The notes below the pieces were generated by a model. That model made no database searches, was not told the DNA's origin, and worked only from the letters and a program-made list of their open reading frames with translations. From positions 5,975-69,974 of the forward strand of contig CAYTWD010000001.1 of assembly GCA_964441065.1 (NCBI GenBank): a stretch of 64,000 nt of DNA, read 5' to 3'. The DNA comes from an uncultured Candidatus Peribacteria bacterium (GTDB lineage Bacteria; Patescibacteriota; Gracilibacteria; UBA1369; 2-02-FULL-48-14). A program made the position numbers and the translations under genes. Positions 1 to 9,122 of the stretch are shown here, piece after piece. Every line of letters begins with the position of its first letter. Position 1 is the stretch's first letter.

Positions 1-171
1 GTTGACAACACAATCGGCCTCACAATAGACGGCCAAATCGTTATCCCAGTTCAATACGGCGACATGGTGAAAATCCGCAAATCCTCCCGCAAAATCCGCC
101 TAATCCGCGCCTCAATGATCGCCGGCAATTATTACAAGTTATTGCGCGAGAAATTGAGTTGGGGAGTGTGA
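1..171 (+). CDS. nadK: NAD kinase, C-terminal fragment (5' end lies outside the window)
   Basis: Frame 1 is open from the window edge to TGA at 169-171. The translation VDNTIGLTIDGQIVIPVQYGDMVKIRKSSRKIRLIRASMIAGNYYKLLREKLSWGV matches the conserved NadK C-terminal pattern, which ends in Y..L..KL.WG. Confidence 0.6.
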   Translation, partial: VDNTIGLTIDGQIVIPVQYGDMVKIRKSSRKIRLIRASMIAGNYYKLLREKLSWGV

Positions 172-312
172 CAGGTTGAAAAGTGTCCCCGGGAACATAT
201 TAAACAACTAAATCTATTTACATCAAGTGCCAGGCTTAAAGCACCTTATCTTTTCATCAGGATCCACTGGTCTGCGCATGACTCTGCTCATGGCCTTCCC
301 AATTCTATATTT

Positions 313-2901
313 TTAAATACAAGCCTGAGCAGCCGCCAATCTGGCAACCGGCACGCGGTAAGGTGAGCAACTAACATAATTTAAACCTATTTCTTGGCAG
401 AACATAACTGATTTTGGCTCGCCGCCGTGTTCTCCGCAAATTCCAATTTCCAATCCGGGTTTTGTCGAACGCCCCAATTTCACCGCGATTCTCATCAACT
501 GACCAACACCTTCCTGATCAATTGATTCCGTCGGATCTTGTTTATAAAGCCCGTGTTCGGTGTAGAAAGGCAGGAATGAGCCCGCGTCATCACGACTCAT
601 ACCAAATGTCATCTGAGTGAGATCATTCGTTCCAAAACTGAAGAAATCGGCCTCTTTTGCGATTTGATCTGCGGTCACACAAGCGCGCGGCAACTCAATC
701 ATCGTTCCAACTTTCCAACTGAAATTTAATTCACCCATTTCCTCGGCAATTTTGAAAATCATCTCTCTAATTCTGCGAAGCTCGGAAACATCTCCCACAA
801 GCGGAACTTCAATTTCAATCAAAGGTTTAACGCCTTCAAGTACAACTGATTTCCCTGCTTCAAAAATTGCTCGAACCTGCATTTCATAAATTTCCGGTGA
901 TGTAATTCCAAGCCTGCAACCTCTGTGCCCGAGCATTGGATTTATTTCGTGAAGCGAGCTCGCAACTTTTCTTAGCGCTTCAAATTCAACTCCCATATCT
1001 TGTGATAGCGCCTTAATTTTGGCATCTGTATCAGGTAAAAATTCGTGAAGGGGAGGATCAAGCAAACGAATCGTCACAGGCAAATCATTCATTACTTTGA
1101 AAATTCCTTTAAAATCTTCTCTTTGCATTTCTTGGAGTGCGCGAAGCGGCACTTTTCGGGCTTCGGCATCTTTTGATAAAATCATTTGTCTCACCAAATT
1201 AATTCTATCGGTGTCAAAAAACATGTGCTCCGTTCTGCACAAACCAATGCCCTCCGCGCCGAATTTTCTTGCAATCTCCGCGTCAAAAGGCGTGTCCGCG
1301 TTAGTTCGAATTTTCAATTCTCGCACCTCATCAGCCCAAGCCATCAATGTTTCAAAATCCTTTGTTAATTCCGGATCTTTCATTGGAGCCAAACCCTTAA
1401 TCACCTCTCCTGTACTGCCATTCAAAGTTATAACATCTCCTTCACCAAAAATGTGCCCGCCAATTTTTAAAGTTTTAGTTGCTTCATCTACTTGGACATC
1501 TTTACAACCCGCAATACAACACTTGCCCATTCCCCGCGCCACAACCGCCGCGTGGCTGGTCATTCCTCCTGTTGAAGTCAAAATTCCTTGAGCCGCGTGC
1601 ATTCCGTGAATGTCCTCAGGTGAAGTTTCTTTTCTAACTAAAATAACTTTTTCTCCGGTCTCGGCCATGTCATAAGCTGTGTCCGCGTTAAACACAATTT
1701 TTCCGGCCGCCGCGCCTGGAGAAGCCGGCAAACCCTTCGCAACAACCTCAAGTTTGAACTTGGAATCAATCGACGGATGCAAAAGCTGATTCAACTGATT
1801 TGGTTCGATTCGTTTCAACGCTTCATGTTTTGTAATTAAACCTTCCGCAACCATGTCTATCGCGACTTTAATCGCAGCCGCCACAGTTCTCTTCCCGTTT
1901 CTGGTTTGAAGCATGTAAAGTTTTCCTTCTTCAATTGTAAATTCAATGTCCTGCATGTCTTTGTAATGAGACTCAAGCTTCAATTGAATTTCGAAAAGTT
2001 TATCGTAAGCCGCGGGAATTTTTTCCTTTAGCATTTCAATTTTTTCAGGAGTTCTGATTCCGGCAACCACATCTTCACCCTGCGCGTTCAACAAAAATTC
2101 TCCAAAGAAATAATGTTCTCCGGTTGAAGGATTTCTAGTGAAAGCCACACCTGTTCCCGACTGCTCGCCCATGTTCCCGAAAACCATCGACTGTACATTC
2201 ACGGCTGTCCCCAAATTGTGCGCGTAACCGTGCATATTTCTATAGGTAATCGCGCGCTTGTTATTCCACGAACTGAACACAGCCTCAATCGCCATTTGCA
2301 ATTGCTCTCTCGGCTCTTCAGGGAACGCGCGCCCCGCATGTTTATTTACAATATCTTTAAAAATCATAACCAACTTTTTCCAATCTTCAGCGCTCATTTC
2401 CGTGTCCAATTCCACGCCCTTCGCTTTTTTTGCAGCATCCAATGCCTCTTCAAAATGATCATGACCAACTCCCATAACCACATTCCCGAACATAGTCACA
2501 AATCTTCTGTAAGAGTCATAACAAAATCTCGCATTGCTGGTTTTTTCTATCATCGCGGCTACCGTGTCATCATTCAAACCAAGGTTCAAAATCGTGTCCA
2601 TCATTCCGGGCATGGAAAATTTCGATCCCGATCTAACCGAAACCAGAAGAGGATTTGTTTTTGAGCCAAAACTTTTCTTAGTCGCGTGCTCCAGCTCATC
2701 CAACTTCTCATTTAAATCATGTTCAAAGCCCGCTGGATACTCGTCTTTCTCCAAAAAATAGTTGCAAACTTCAGTTGTAATTGTGAATCCCGGAGGTACC
2801 GGTAATCCCAAATTTGTCATCTCCGCAAGATTGGCACCTTTTCCGCCAAGCAAATCCTTCATCTTCTGATTTCCTTCCGAGAACGAGTAGATGTATTTCA
2901 T
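313..2901 (-). CDS. ppdK: pyruvate, phosphate dikinase
   Basis: 862 aa. The N-terminus FSEGNQKMKDLLGGKGANLAEM, the phospho-His region GGMTSHAAVVARGMG and the PEP-utilising C-terminal domain (GICGEHGG) are all typical of PPDK. Confidence 0.95.
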   Translation of the reverse strand: MKYIYSFSEGNQKMKDLLGGKGANLAEMTNLGLPVPPGFTITTEVCNYFLEKDEYPAGFEHDLNEKLDELEHATKKSFGSKTNPLLVSVRSGSKFSMPGMMDTILNLGLNDDTVAAMIEKTSNARFCYDSYRRFVTMFGNVVMGVGHDHFEEALDAAKKAKGVELDTEMSAEDWKKLVMIFKDIVNKHAGRAFPEEPREQLQMAIEAVFSSWNNKRAITYRNMHGYAHNLGTAVNVQSMVFGNMGEQSGTGVAFTRNPSTGEHYFFGEFLLNAQGEDVVAGIRTPEKIEMLKEKIPAAYDKLFEIQLKLESHYKDMQDIEFTIEEGKLYMLQTRNGKRTVAAAIKVAIDMVAEGLITKHEALKRIEPNQLNQLLHPSIDSKFKLEVVAKGLPASPGAAAGKIVFNADTAYDMAETGEKVILVRKETSPEDIHGMHAAQGILTSTGGMTSHAAVVARGMGKCCIAGCKDVQVDEATKTLKIGGHIFGEGDVITLNGSTGEVIKGLAPMKDPELTKDFETLMAWADEVRELKIRTNADTPFDAEIARKFGAEGIGLCRTEHMFFDTDRINLVRQMILSKDAEARKVPLRALQEMQREDFKGIFKVMNDLPVTIRLLDPPLHEFLPDTDAKIKALSQDMGVEFEALRKVASSLHEINPMLGHRGCRLGITSPEIYEMQVRAIFEAGKSVVLEGVKPLIEIEVPLVGDVSELRRIREMIFKIAEEMGELNFSWKVGTMIELPRACVTADQIAKEADFFSFGTNDLTQMTFGMSRDDAGSFLPFYTEHGLYKQDPTESIDQEGVGQLMRIAVKLGRSTKPGLEIGICGEHGGEPKSVMFCQEIGLNYVSCSPYRVPVARLAAAQACI

Positions 2902-2941
2902 TTGCGAAATTTATATATTAAAGCGCACCCACTTGCAATAT

Positions 2942-4192
2942 TTAATAACCTCCACGCATCTTTATTGCCTCCTCTAATCGACGCATAGCGCTTATATAAG
3001 CCGCAGCTCTCAAACTTGTATCAAACTTCAAAGCATTTTCATGCACGGCTTCCCAAGCCGCCACCATAATTGTTTTCAATTTTTGCTGAACTTCTTCAGC
3101 CGTCCAATAAAAATTCATATTATTTTGCACAAGTTCAAAGTAACTCACGGTCACACCGCCGGCATTAGCTAAAATATCCGGAATAACTTTCACGCCCATT
3201 CCCTCCAAAATCTCATCCGCTTCAGGACTAACCGGTCCGTTCGCAAGTTCCAACACAATCGAAGCTTTAACCTTCGCCGCATTGTCCGTTGTAACTTGAT
3301 TTTCCAAGGCCGATAAAATCAAAATATCACAATCGACTTCCAAAATTTGCTCGTTTGTCATCATTTCACAGGCTTCTCCGCTACCAAAACACTCGGCAAC
3401 GCTTCCAGCATCAATTTTACAGGTCATAGCATCGAGCGGGTTCAAGCCGTTTTTACAATAAAGCGCGCCTTTTGAATCTGAAACCCCGATAATTTTGAAG
3501 CCTTTTTCGTAAAGCATTCTCGCAACGTGTGAACCGGCGTTCCCAAACCCCTGAATTACAACTCTTGTATCTTTCGCTTCTTTTTTGCCATACTGCTTTA
3601 ACATTTCTTCAAGTACATAAACTCCGCCTTGGCTTGTCGCGTCAGCTCTACCCTGAGAGCCACCGATTGAAATCGCCTTTCCGGTGACAACTCCGGGAAT
3701 ATTTTTCCCGTGAATTTTTGAATACTCATCTACAATCCAAGCCATGATTTGTGGATTTGTGTAAACATCAGGAGCAGGTACATCGATATCAGGACCAATA
3801 AAATCAGAAATCGCGGCTGTATACCTTCTTGTCATTCTCTCTAGTTCTCTTGGTGAAAGTTCTTTTGGATCAACAATCACTCCGCCTTTTCCTCCTCCCA
3901 GCGGAATATTCACAACTGCGCATTTAATCGTCATCCAAGTTGCAAGCGCCTTAACTTCATCCATATCAACCCGCGGATGGTAACGAATCCCGCCTTTATA
4001 AGGGCCTCTCACATTATTATGCTGAACGCGAAAACCTCTGAAAATTCTAATTGCACCGTTGTCCATTTTAATCGGCACACTAACCTCCAAAATTCTGTCG
4101 GGATTGCTCAATACCATTTCAACATTCGGATCCAATTTCATCAACTTTCCGGCTTTTTGTATTTGTTTCAGCGTGTTCTCAAAAAGTGACAT
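2942..4192 (-). CDS. gdhA: glutamate dehydrogenase (Glu/Leu/Phe/Val dehydrogenase family)
   Basis: 416 aa. Contains the catalytic Lys motif PLGGGKGG, the KGGIRYHP motif, and a GFGNAG Rossmann dinucleotide site. Confidence 0.9.
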   Translation of the reverse strand: MSLFENTLKQIQKAGKLMKLDPNVEMVLSNPDRILEVSVPIKMDNGAIRIFRGFRVQHNNVRGPYKGGIRYHPRVDMDEVKALATWMTIKCAVVNIPLGGGKGGVIVDPKELSPRELERMTRRYTAAISDFIGPDIDVPAPDVYTNPQIMAWIVDEYSKIHGKNIPGVVTGKAISIGGSQGRADATSQGGVYVLEEMLKQYGKKEAKDTRVVIQGFGNAGSHVARMLYEKGFKIIGVSDSKGALYCKNGLNPLDAMTCKIDAGSVAECFGSGEACEMMTNEQILEVDCDILILSALENQVTTDNAAKVKASIVLELANGPVSPEADEILEGMGVKVIPDILANAGGVTVSYFELVQNNMNFYWTAEEVQQKLKTIMVAAWEAVHENALKFDTSLRAAAYISAMRRLEEAIKMRGGY

Positions 4193-4193
4193 A

Positions 4194-5711
4194 TTATTCG
4201 GTTAAATAATCTAAAGTGATTTGAGCTGCCTCCTTAATTTTTTCTGGGCTGGCATTCACTAGCGAAGCCCTAACTGAGTTCAATCTTGATTTGGTTTTTC
4301 TATCTTCCGCTGAGAAAAATAAATTTGCGGGAATATAAATCACGCCGCGTTTTGCAAGTTCACACATCTTTTCTTCAGCCGGAACCCCTTGTTTATTCGC
4401 TCCTTCAATTTCGTCCATATCAAACATCACATAGTATAGATTGTTCTTGTTTTTTAAGCCTAAAATCCCATTAAAAATTTCATGGTTCTTTTTTACTACC
4501 CCTCGATAGTCATGTCTTTCCTCGCTTCCCAATAGAATATGAGCCGCTCCCAAATATTGCGCAGGTCCGGGAACAAAAGTTGTGTGTTGCAACTCGCCCG
4601 CTCCGCTCGGTCCTTTCGCAAAAATAAATGAAGTTTTAAAATCAACACCCCCGGTCAACAAGTCCTTGAACTTCTTAGTTAAGTATTCATTTCCTTCTTT
4701 TGTAATCAAAACATCTCCAAATCGCAAACCGGTGCTTCTCTCAATTTTGGATCTAGCCTGAATTCTCACGGTTCTCTCCGGGCAAAAATCAATCATGGTC
4801 TTTTTCTCCGGGAAGAACGAGCTGTAAACTTCATCTGTCACCACTAGCGAATCGTGTTCAACCGCAAAGTCCGCGAGCATTTTCAAGTTTTCTTCAGAAA
4901 CGGAAACTCCTGTCGGATTATTCGGATCAATCAAAATCACCAATTTTATTTTTTTCAAATTCTTCAGCATCTCCGCGTTTGTAATTTCACCACTAACAGG
5001 ATCCATCGCCAAACTCACGGCCTCCAAACCAAGATGTTCCAAAATGTCGTTATAAGGCGAGTAGGCGGGTGAAAAAATCAAAACTTTATCTCCTGGATTT
5101 AAATATTGCATGCCGTCGTGTCCTAGCAATTTAAAAATCGTCCCAATTGCATGTGAAGCTCCGTTTGTAAAAATAATGTCTTCATAATTGAAATCGGTCG
5201 ATACGGTTTTTTTATGCCACCACGCCACAATCGCTCTCACCAATTTTTCACCCTGCGGATCGTGATAAGTTCCACCACTCACTGTTGAATATTTGAAAAT
5301 TTCATAAAGCACATCATATGGACTCATCTTCAAACCCTGCTCTTCACAAATTTGCACGGCTCTTTGAATGAACTCGCTTAAATCCTCCAAATATCTTTCC
5401 GCAACTGCCGGGACATAGTTCGAACGAGCAAATCCAGCAATTTCTTCCAGAATCTTCCCCTCACGCTCTTTTTTTGTTTCGACGAATCTTCTTCCGGAAT
5501 TATTCAATTTCGTGTCTAAAAACAAAAGAAATGAAAGAAACTCTCTCCCCCGAATTCCGGGAGCAAAGCCGTAACCCGGGTCTCCTCTTGAAAGATCAAT
5601 CATTGCGCCGGCTCCCACGCTCTCTTTTGCAACCTCCTGTAATAATCTAAAAATTTTAAATGGGTTGTTATGTTCAATCGAGAATCCCCATTTATTGTCG
5701 TACAGTTTCAT
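4194..5711 (-). CDS. PLP-dependent aminotransferase, class I/II fold, long form (possibly aspartate 4-decarboxylase-like)
   Basis: 505 aa. Contains LSRGDPGYGF, NPNNPTG and a SKIERSTGLRFG-type PLP-Lys region. The subfamily assignment is uncertain. Confidence 0.65.
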   Translation of the reverse strand: MKLYDNKWGFSIEHNNPFKIFRLLQEVAKESVGAGAMIDLSRGDPGYGFAPGIRGREFLSFLLFLDTKLNNSGRRFVETKKEREGKILEEIAGFARSNYVPAVAERYLEDLSEFIQRAVQICEEQGLKMSPYDVLYEIFKYSTVSGGTYHDPQGEKLVRAIVAWWHKKTVSTDFNYEDIIFTNGASHAIGTIFKLLGHDGMQYLNPGDKVLIFSPAYSPYNDILEHLGLEAVSLAMDPVSGEITNAEMLKNLKKIKLVILIDPNNPTGVSVSEENLKMLADFAVEHDSLVVTDEVYSSFFPEKKTMIDFCPERTVRIQARSKIERSTGLRFGDVLITKEGNEYLTKKFKDLLTGGVDFKTSFIFAKGPSGAGELQHTTFVPGPAQYLGAAHILLGSEERHDYRGVVKKNHEIFNGILGLKNKNNLYYVMFDMDEIEGANKQGVPAEEKMCELAKRGVIYIPANLFFSAEDRKTKSRLNSVRASLVNASPEKIKEAAQITLDYLTE

Positions 5712-5744
5712 AAGTTTTTTGGTGAAAAGAGTCTATGATGAATG

Positions 5745-6239
5745 CTATTTTCCCGCAAGCATAATGCGATTGCGTAGCCACTCAAAGACTCTTACAAATA
5801 TACTTCTTCTCTTTAGACTTAGCTCTTTTTGCAATTTTTCTATTATTGAAAACAAAAACATTTTATCTTCATAGTCTTGTCTATTAGGCAATATTTTTTC
5901 CTCTTGTATGTCAAGCACGTAAAAATCGTTTTCCTGTTGCGGTTCAAATGCAGTTCGACTATACAAATTTTCGGCTTGATAAGGCGCCACGTCTTCCACT
6001 GCTTCTTCTTGCGGCATAATCTCAGTTTGTATAGGCGAATTAGGAAACATAGGTCTTTGCGGCAAACTGTATCCCATGTGAATCAATAACTCCGGGCTAA
6101 CCACATATTGGTAACCCTGTGGAGTTTTAATTCTCCTGGCATTTAAATCACCTTTTTTAATTAATCTCCTTAGGGTTTGTATGGATTTATCCATAATCAT
6201 CGAAGCTTCTTGTAGACTTAAGTAAGACTTCCCATCCAT
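5745..6239 (-). CDS. helix-turn-helix DNA-binding protein (excisionase/MerR-like HTH at the N-terminus)
   Basis: 164 aa. The N-terminus LSLQEASMIMDKSIQTLRRLIKKGDLNARRI is a typical HTH_17-like motif. The C-terminal part is uncharacterised. Confidence 0.5.
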   Translation of the reverse strand: MDGKSYLSLQEASMIMDKSIQTLRRLIKKGDLNARRIKTPQGYQYVVSPELLIHMGYSLPQRPMFPNSPIQTEIMPQEEAVEDVAPYQAENLYSRTAFEPQQENDFYVLDIQEEKILPNRQDYEDKMFLFSIIEKLQKELSLKRRSIFVRVFEWLRNRIMLAGK

Positions 6240-6318
6240 AAAATTATACTAAAATATAATTAAAGCTTTATATCAAATCGACACTCGATTCACGGCTTAT
6301 TCTACATGAAATTTTCAA

Positions 6319-6437
6319 TTCGACTATACAAAATTAATTATGGCCAAAATATTGTATAATTCGCCTATACACTTTTTCAAAATCGACTATACAAATGAAG
6401 TGCTTTCTCTGTTCTATACTATAAAACCGCCTATACA
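6319..6437. repeat. four same-orientation copies of the 12-nt motif TTCG[A/C]CTATACA
   Basis: Read directly at 6319-6330, 6360-6371, 6382-6393 (ATCG variant) and 6426-6437 (ACCG variant). Confidence 0.85.
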
Positions 6438-6553
6438 TGTTGAATAGTTGACAGAACTTTTTCCAAAAGCTGTTGAAATATATTTTGTAGCTCATTTCGA
6501 TTGCATACTTGACCACGAGTTGCTAGGATTTTTCTGATCTTAATTTTGAAATC

Positions 6554-7111
6554 GTGGACATCAGACTTTCTTGGGACCTCTTCGTGTTGGTATTCTTCGG
6601 GATTGTAATCGCGTACAGCTTTATTATTGGCCGTAATCAAACACTTAAAGTAATTATTGCCTGTTACATGGCAATTCTTTCTGCAGACGGTTTAGGGAAC
6701 ATATTTAAACAATATGTATTTCCTCAAATGCCGACTCTTCAAGGAACAGACGCAGATAACGCTTTAATTTTCCTAAAGATTTTTGTATTCGTTTTAGCCA
6801 TCGTTTTGATTGCTATCAAAGGGGGATTTTATGTGGATATTATGTTCGAGAGATCACTAGTAACCAGATTAATGGCGACACTTACCTTCGGTTTCCTTAA
6901 CGCAGGACTGATTGTGAGCACGATTCTTGTTTATATTTCAGGCGCATCTTTCGTTGGAGGATCGATAAACATTGCAACCAGCACTAATCTCTATAAAGAA
7001 TCACAATTCGTTAAACTGATGATTGATAACTACAATATTTGGTTTGCCTTACCTGCAATTGCCCTTGTACTTATTAGTTTTTTTGAGCCAAGACAAGCGC
7101 CTCCCGCATAA
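6554..7111 (+). CDS. integral membrane protein, unknown function
   Basis: 185 aa starting at GTG, with about five hydrophobic helices. I recognise no family motif. Confidence 0.5.
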   Translation: MDIRLSWDLFVLVFFGIVIAYSFIIGRNQTLKVIIACYMAILSADGLGNIFKQYVFPQMPTLQGTDADNALIFLKIFVFVLAIVLIAIKGGFYVDIMFERSLVTRLMATLTFGFLNAGLIVSTILVYISGASFVGGSINIATSTNLYKESQFVKLMIDNYNIWFALPAIALVLISFFEPRQAPPA

Positions 7112-7115
7112 TGTC

Positions 7116-7144
7116 TTGCCTTAATCGCATCTTGCCAATAAAAT
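7116..7144 (+). promoter_or_regulatory. sigma70-like promoter for tRNA-Lys
   Basis: TTGCCT (7116-7121), a 17-nt spacer, then TAAAAT (7139-7144). The -10 element ends about 14 nt upstream of the tRNA 5' end. Confidence 0.4.
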
Positions 7145-7157
7145 ACAGCCACATTTT

Positions 7158-7233
7158 GGGTCGGTAGCTCAGTTGGTAGAGCAACAGCCTTTTAAGCTGA
7201 TGGTCCCGGGTTCGATTCCCGGCCGACCCACCA
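7158..7233 (+). tRNA. tRNA-Lys (anticodon UUU), CCA encoded
   Basis: Cloverleaf read by hand. The acceptor arms are GGGTCGG and CCGACCC, the anticodon loop is CTTTTAA, the T-arm is CCGGGTTCGATTCCCGG, and the 3' end is ACCA. Confidence 0.9.
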
Positions 7234-7236
7234 CCA

Positions 7237-7259
7237 CTCACACGGAGTGTGAGCTTTTT
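7237..7259 (+). terminator. intrinsic terminator after tRNA-Lys
   Basis: Hairpin CTCACAC-GGA-GTGTGAG followed by CTTTTT. Confidence 0.6.
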
Positions 7260-7357
7260 GTATTACGCACGTAGTGCGAGGAGTTACGCCGTAGGCGAGA
7301 ACTTTTGCACTACTTTTCAACATTCTTAGACAATGTCCAGTGTCCTCCTCGACGTCT

Positions 7358-7428
7358 AAAGTTTTGCACAATTACAGGTTATAATAAAGTTTTGCACAAC
7401 AAATAAATCATTAAAAAGTTTTGCACAA
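7358..7428. repeat. three direct copies of AAAGTTTTGCACAA at 28-29 bp spacing
   Basis: Exact 14-mers at 7358-7371, 7386-7399 and 7415-7428. A degenerate copy (AACTTTTGCACTA) lies near 7300. Confidence 0.85.
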
Positions 7429-7477
7429 CACTCGACGCAGTCGAGCTACACTAAGAAAATGCGCGTAGCGCTCCAAC

Positions 7478-8611
7478 CTAAAATATCCCATCAAAAAAAC
7501 CTTCCGACTTCACATTAACTTTGCTCTCTTTCGCCAAGTTCTCAAATAGTTCTCTCTCTTTCTTTGTAAGCTTTTCAGGGATTTTAACATTCACTTTTAA
7601 GATATGATCACCCATCTTATCTGATCTTATGTTAGGAGCTCCTTTTCCCTTAATGCTTAGTTCAGTTCCGCTCTGAATTCCAGCGGGAATCTTCAAGTCA
7701 ACTTTCCCATGCACGGTTTCAACTTTAATATTCGCACCCAAAATAGCCTGTAAAACGTGAATGTCTTCACTAGAGTGAATATTAGGACCGTCTCTCAGGA
7801 ATTTTTTATGCGCAAAAACTCTAACATGAACATATAAATCACCGTGCTTTCCACCTCTAACCCCTGCGGAGCCCTTTTCCTTAATTTTTATTGATGTCCC
7901 GTCTTCAATGCCTTTCGGAATTTTAACGGTAACCTCCTCAGTCTGCTTGGTACGCATCTGACCTCGACATTCAATGCACAATTTTTCAGGAATCTCACCT
8001 GTTCCTTGACATGTTGGACATAAATGTACACTGCTCATTTTACCCAAAATTGTCTGTCTCGTAACCCTAACCTGCCCCTGCCCGTTACATTGTCCACATT
8101 TTTTGACAGAAGTTCCGGGTTCGTTACCTTTGCCCGCACATTTTTTGCAGGTTTCAGGTTTTGTTATTTCAAGATATTTTTCAACCCCAAAAATTGCCTC
8201 TTCAAATTTAATATCAACCTGAACCTGAATGTCATTTCCCCTTATAGGTCCTGCTTTGGCAGTCTGTTCTTCTCCCCTCATATTTTCACCAAAGAAACTC
8301 TCAAAAATATCAGCAAATCCGGCAAAATCATTCGGATTAAACCCACCCTGAGCCCCATTGAATCCAAATCCACCACCTTGTGCCCCCCTTTGAGAGGCTC
8401 CTGCAGATCCAAATCTGTCATAATTAGCACGTTTTTGAGGGTCTGAAAGAATTTCATATGCCTCCTGCACAGATTTAAACTTCTTTTCGGCTTCTTTATT
8501 ATTCGGATTTTTATCGGGGTGGAACTCCTGAGCTTTCTTCCTGTAGGCTTTTTTAATTTCACCTTCAGTTGCTCCTTTGCCTACTCCCAGTGTTGAATAT
8601 AGATCGTCCAT
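7478..8611 (-). CDS. dnaJ: molecular chaperone DnaJ
   Basis: 377 aa. J domain with HPDKNP, a G/F-rich linker, and four zinc-finger repeats (three canonical CxxCxGxG, the fourth, CIECRGQM, degenerate at its last Gly). Confidence 0.95.
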   Translation of the reverse strand: MDDLYSTLGVGKGATEGEIKKAYRKKAQEFHPDKNPNNKEAEKKFKSVQEAYEILSDPQKRANYDRFGSAGASQRGAQGGGFGFNGAQGGFNPNDFAGFADIFESFFGENMRGEEQTAKAGPIRGNDIQVQVDIKFEEAIFGVEKYLEITKPETCKKCAGKGNEPGTSVKKCGQCNGQGQVRVTRQTILGKMSSVHLCPTCQGTGEIPEKLCIECRGQMRTKQTEEVTVKIPKGIEDGTSIKIKEKGSAGVRGGKHGDLYVHVRVFAHKKFLRDGPNIHSSEDIHVLQAILGANIKVETVHGKVDLKIPAGIQSGTELSIKGKGAPNIRSDKMGDHILKVNVKIPEKLTKKERELFENLAKESKVNVKSEGFFDGIF

Positions 8612-8712
8612 ATTTATTTGTGTAAGGAAGTTTTATCTTACATTCATTACGTTGGCAAGCAATAAAAGGACATATTAATGACGAGTAGACAAGCCATTAA
8701 TAGAAGACAAAG

Positions 8713-9024
8713 TGTATAGCCGAAAAATGGCTACCGTATAAGGAAAAACTCAATTCGACTATACAAAAATATTTTGATAAGCTTATCAGAGTTGCGTGTA
8801 TAGGCGAAGCGACGTAGAGATATATATATTAACCTATAGATTTTGACATCAAAAAATATCAAATTTGTATATTGACACAAAGGTATTTAATGCATACCTC
8901 GAAATTAAAGAATTATATTTCCTCTTGTCAATCAGGGGAAAATGGCATATATAAAACAAGAACTCAAATTCGACTATACAAAATTTTGAGGGTTTGGATA
9001 GGCGACTCGTCGTGTATAGGCGAA
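8713..9024. repeat. duplicated ~90-nt module, each copy carrying an inverted pair of the TTCGNCTATACA motif
   Basis: Motif copies at 8713-8724 (+), 8754-8765 (-), 8797-8808 (+), 8969-8980 (-) and 9013-9024 (+), with a partial copy at 8996-9006. The segments 8721-8808 and 8936-9024 are colinear. Confidence 0.8.
8925..8953 (+). promoter_or_regulatory. sigma70-like promoter candidate upstream of tRNA-Glu
   Basis: TTGTCA (8925-8930), a 17-nt spacer, then TATATA (8948-8953). A second candidate, TTGAAA-N17-TATCTT, lies at about 9064-9092. Confidence 0.35.
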
Positions 9025-9122
9025 AAAAGGTTGTCAAGTGTAGACACGATTTTCCAAGAAAATCTTGAAAGAGTAGACAATCTTAAATATCTTATCGCTT
9101 GTCGATTCTGGCCCTAGATTCC

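Noticed and set aside
171-312. A terminator between nadK and ppdK
   Set aside because: - Only a CCCGGG-centred near-palindrome with no usable loop is present.
- It has no T-run, so it is not convincing.
414-2761. Several 60-164 aa plus-strand ORFs inside ppdK
   Set aside because: - They are antisense to a full-length, highly conserved PPDK gene.
- Their translations are Ser/Arg/Pro/Phe-rich, which is typical of shadow frames.
6334-6640. The 60-aa and 69-aa minus-strand ORFs in the 6.3-6.6 kb spacer
   Set aside because: - They overlap the repeat motifs and the first TM helix of the membrane protein gene.
- They have no start-site context or recognisable motif.
7358-7428. A possible CRISPR array, because of regularly spaced direct repeats
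   Set aside because: - There are only three 14-bp repeats with spacers of about 15 bp.
- This is far below CRISPR repeat and spacer sizes.
- No cas genes are present in the window.
7158-7477. An integrative element inserted at tRNA-Lys
   Set aside because: - No integrase gene flanks the tRNA.
- No duplicated tRNA 3' end is visible in the window.
- Only an HTH protein and short repeats are nearby, so the evidence is insufficient.
8612-8720. A CIRCE/HrcA operator upstream of dnaJ
   Set aside because: No TTAGCACTC-N9-GAGTGCTAA-like inverted repeat is present in the dnaJ upstream region.
8849-9117. The 62-aa and 81-aa ORFs in the dnaJ / tRNA-Glu spacer
   Set aside because: - They overlap each other on opposite strands.
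- They run through promoter-like boxes and the repeated modules, so the region is more likely non-coding.
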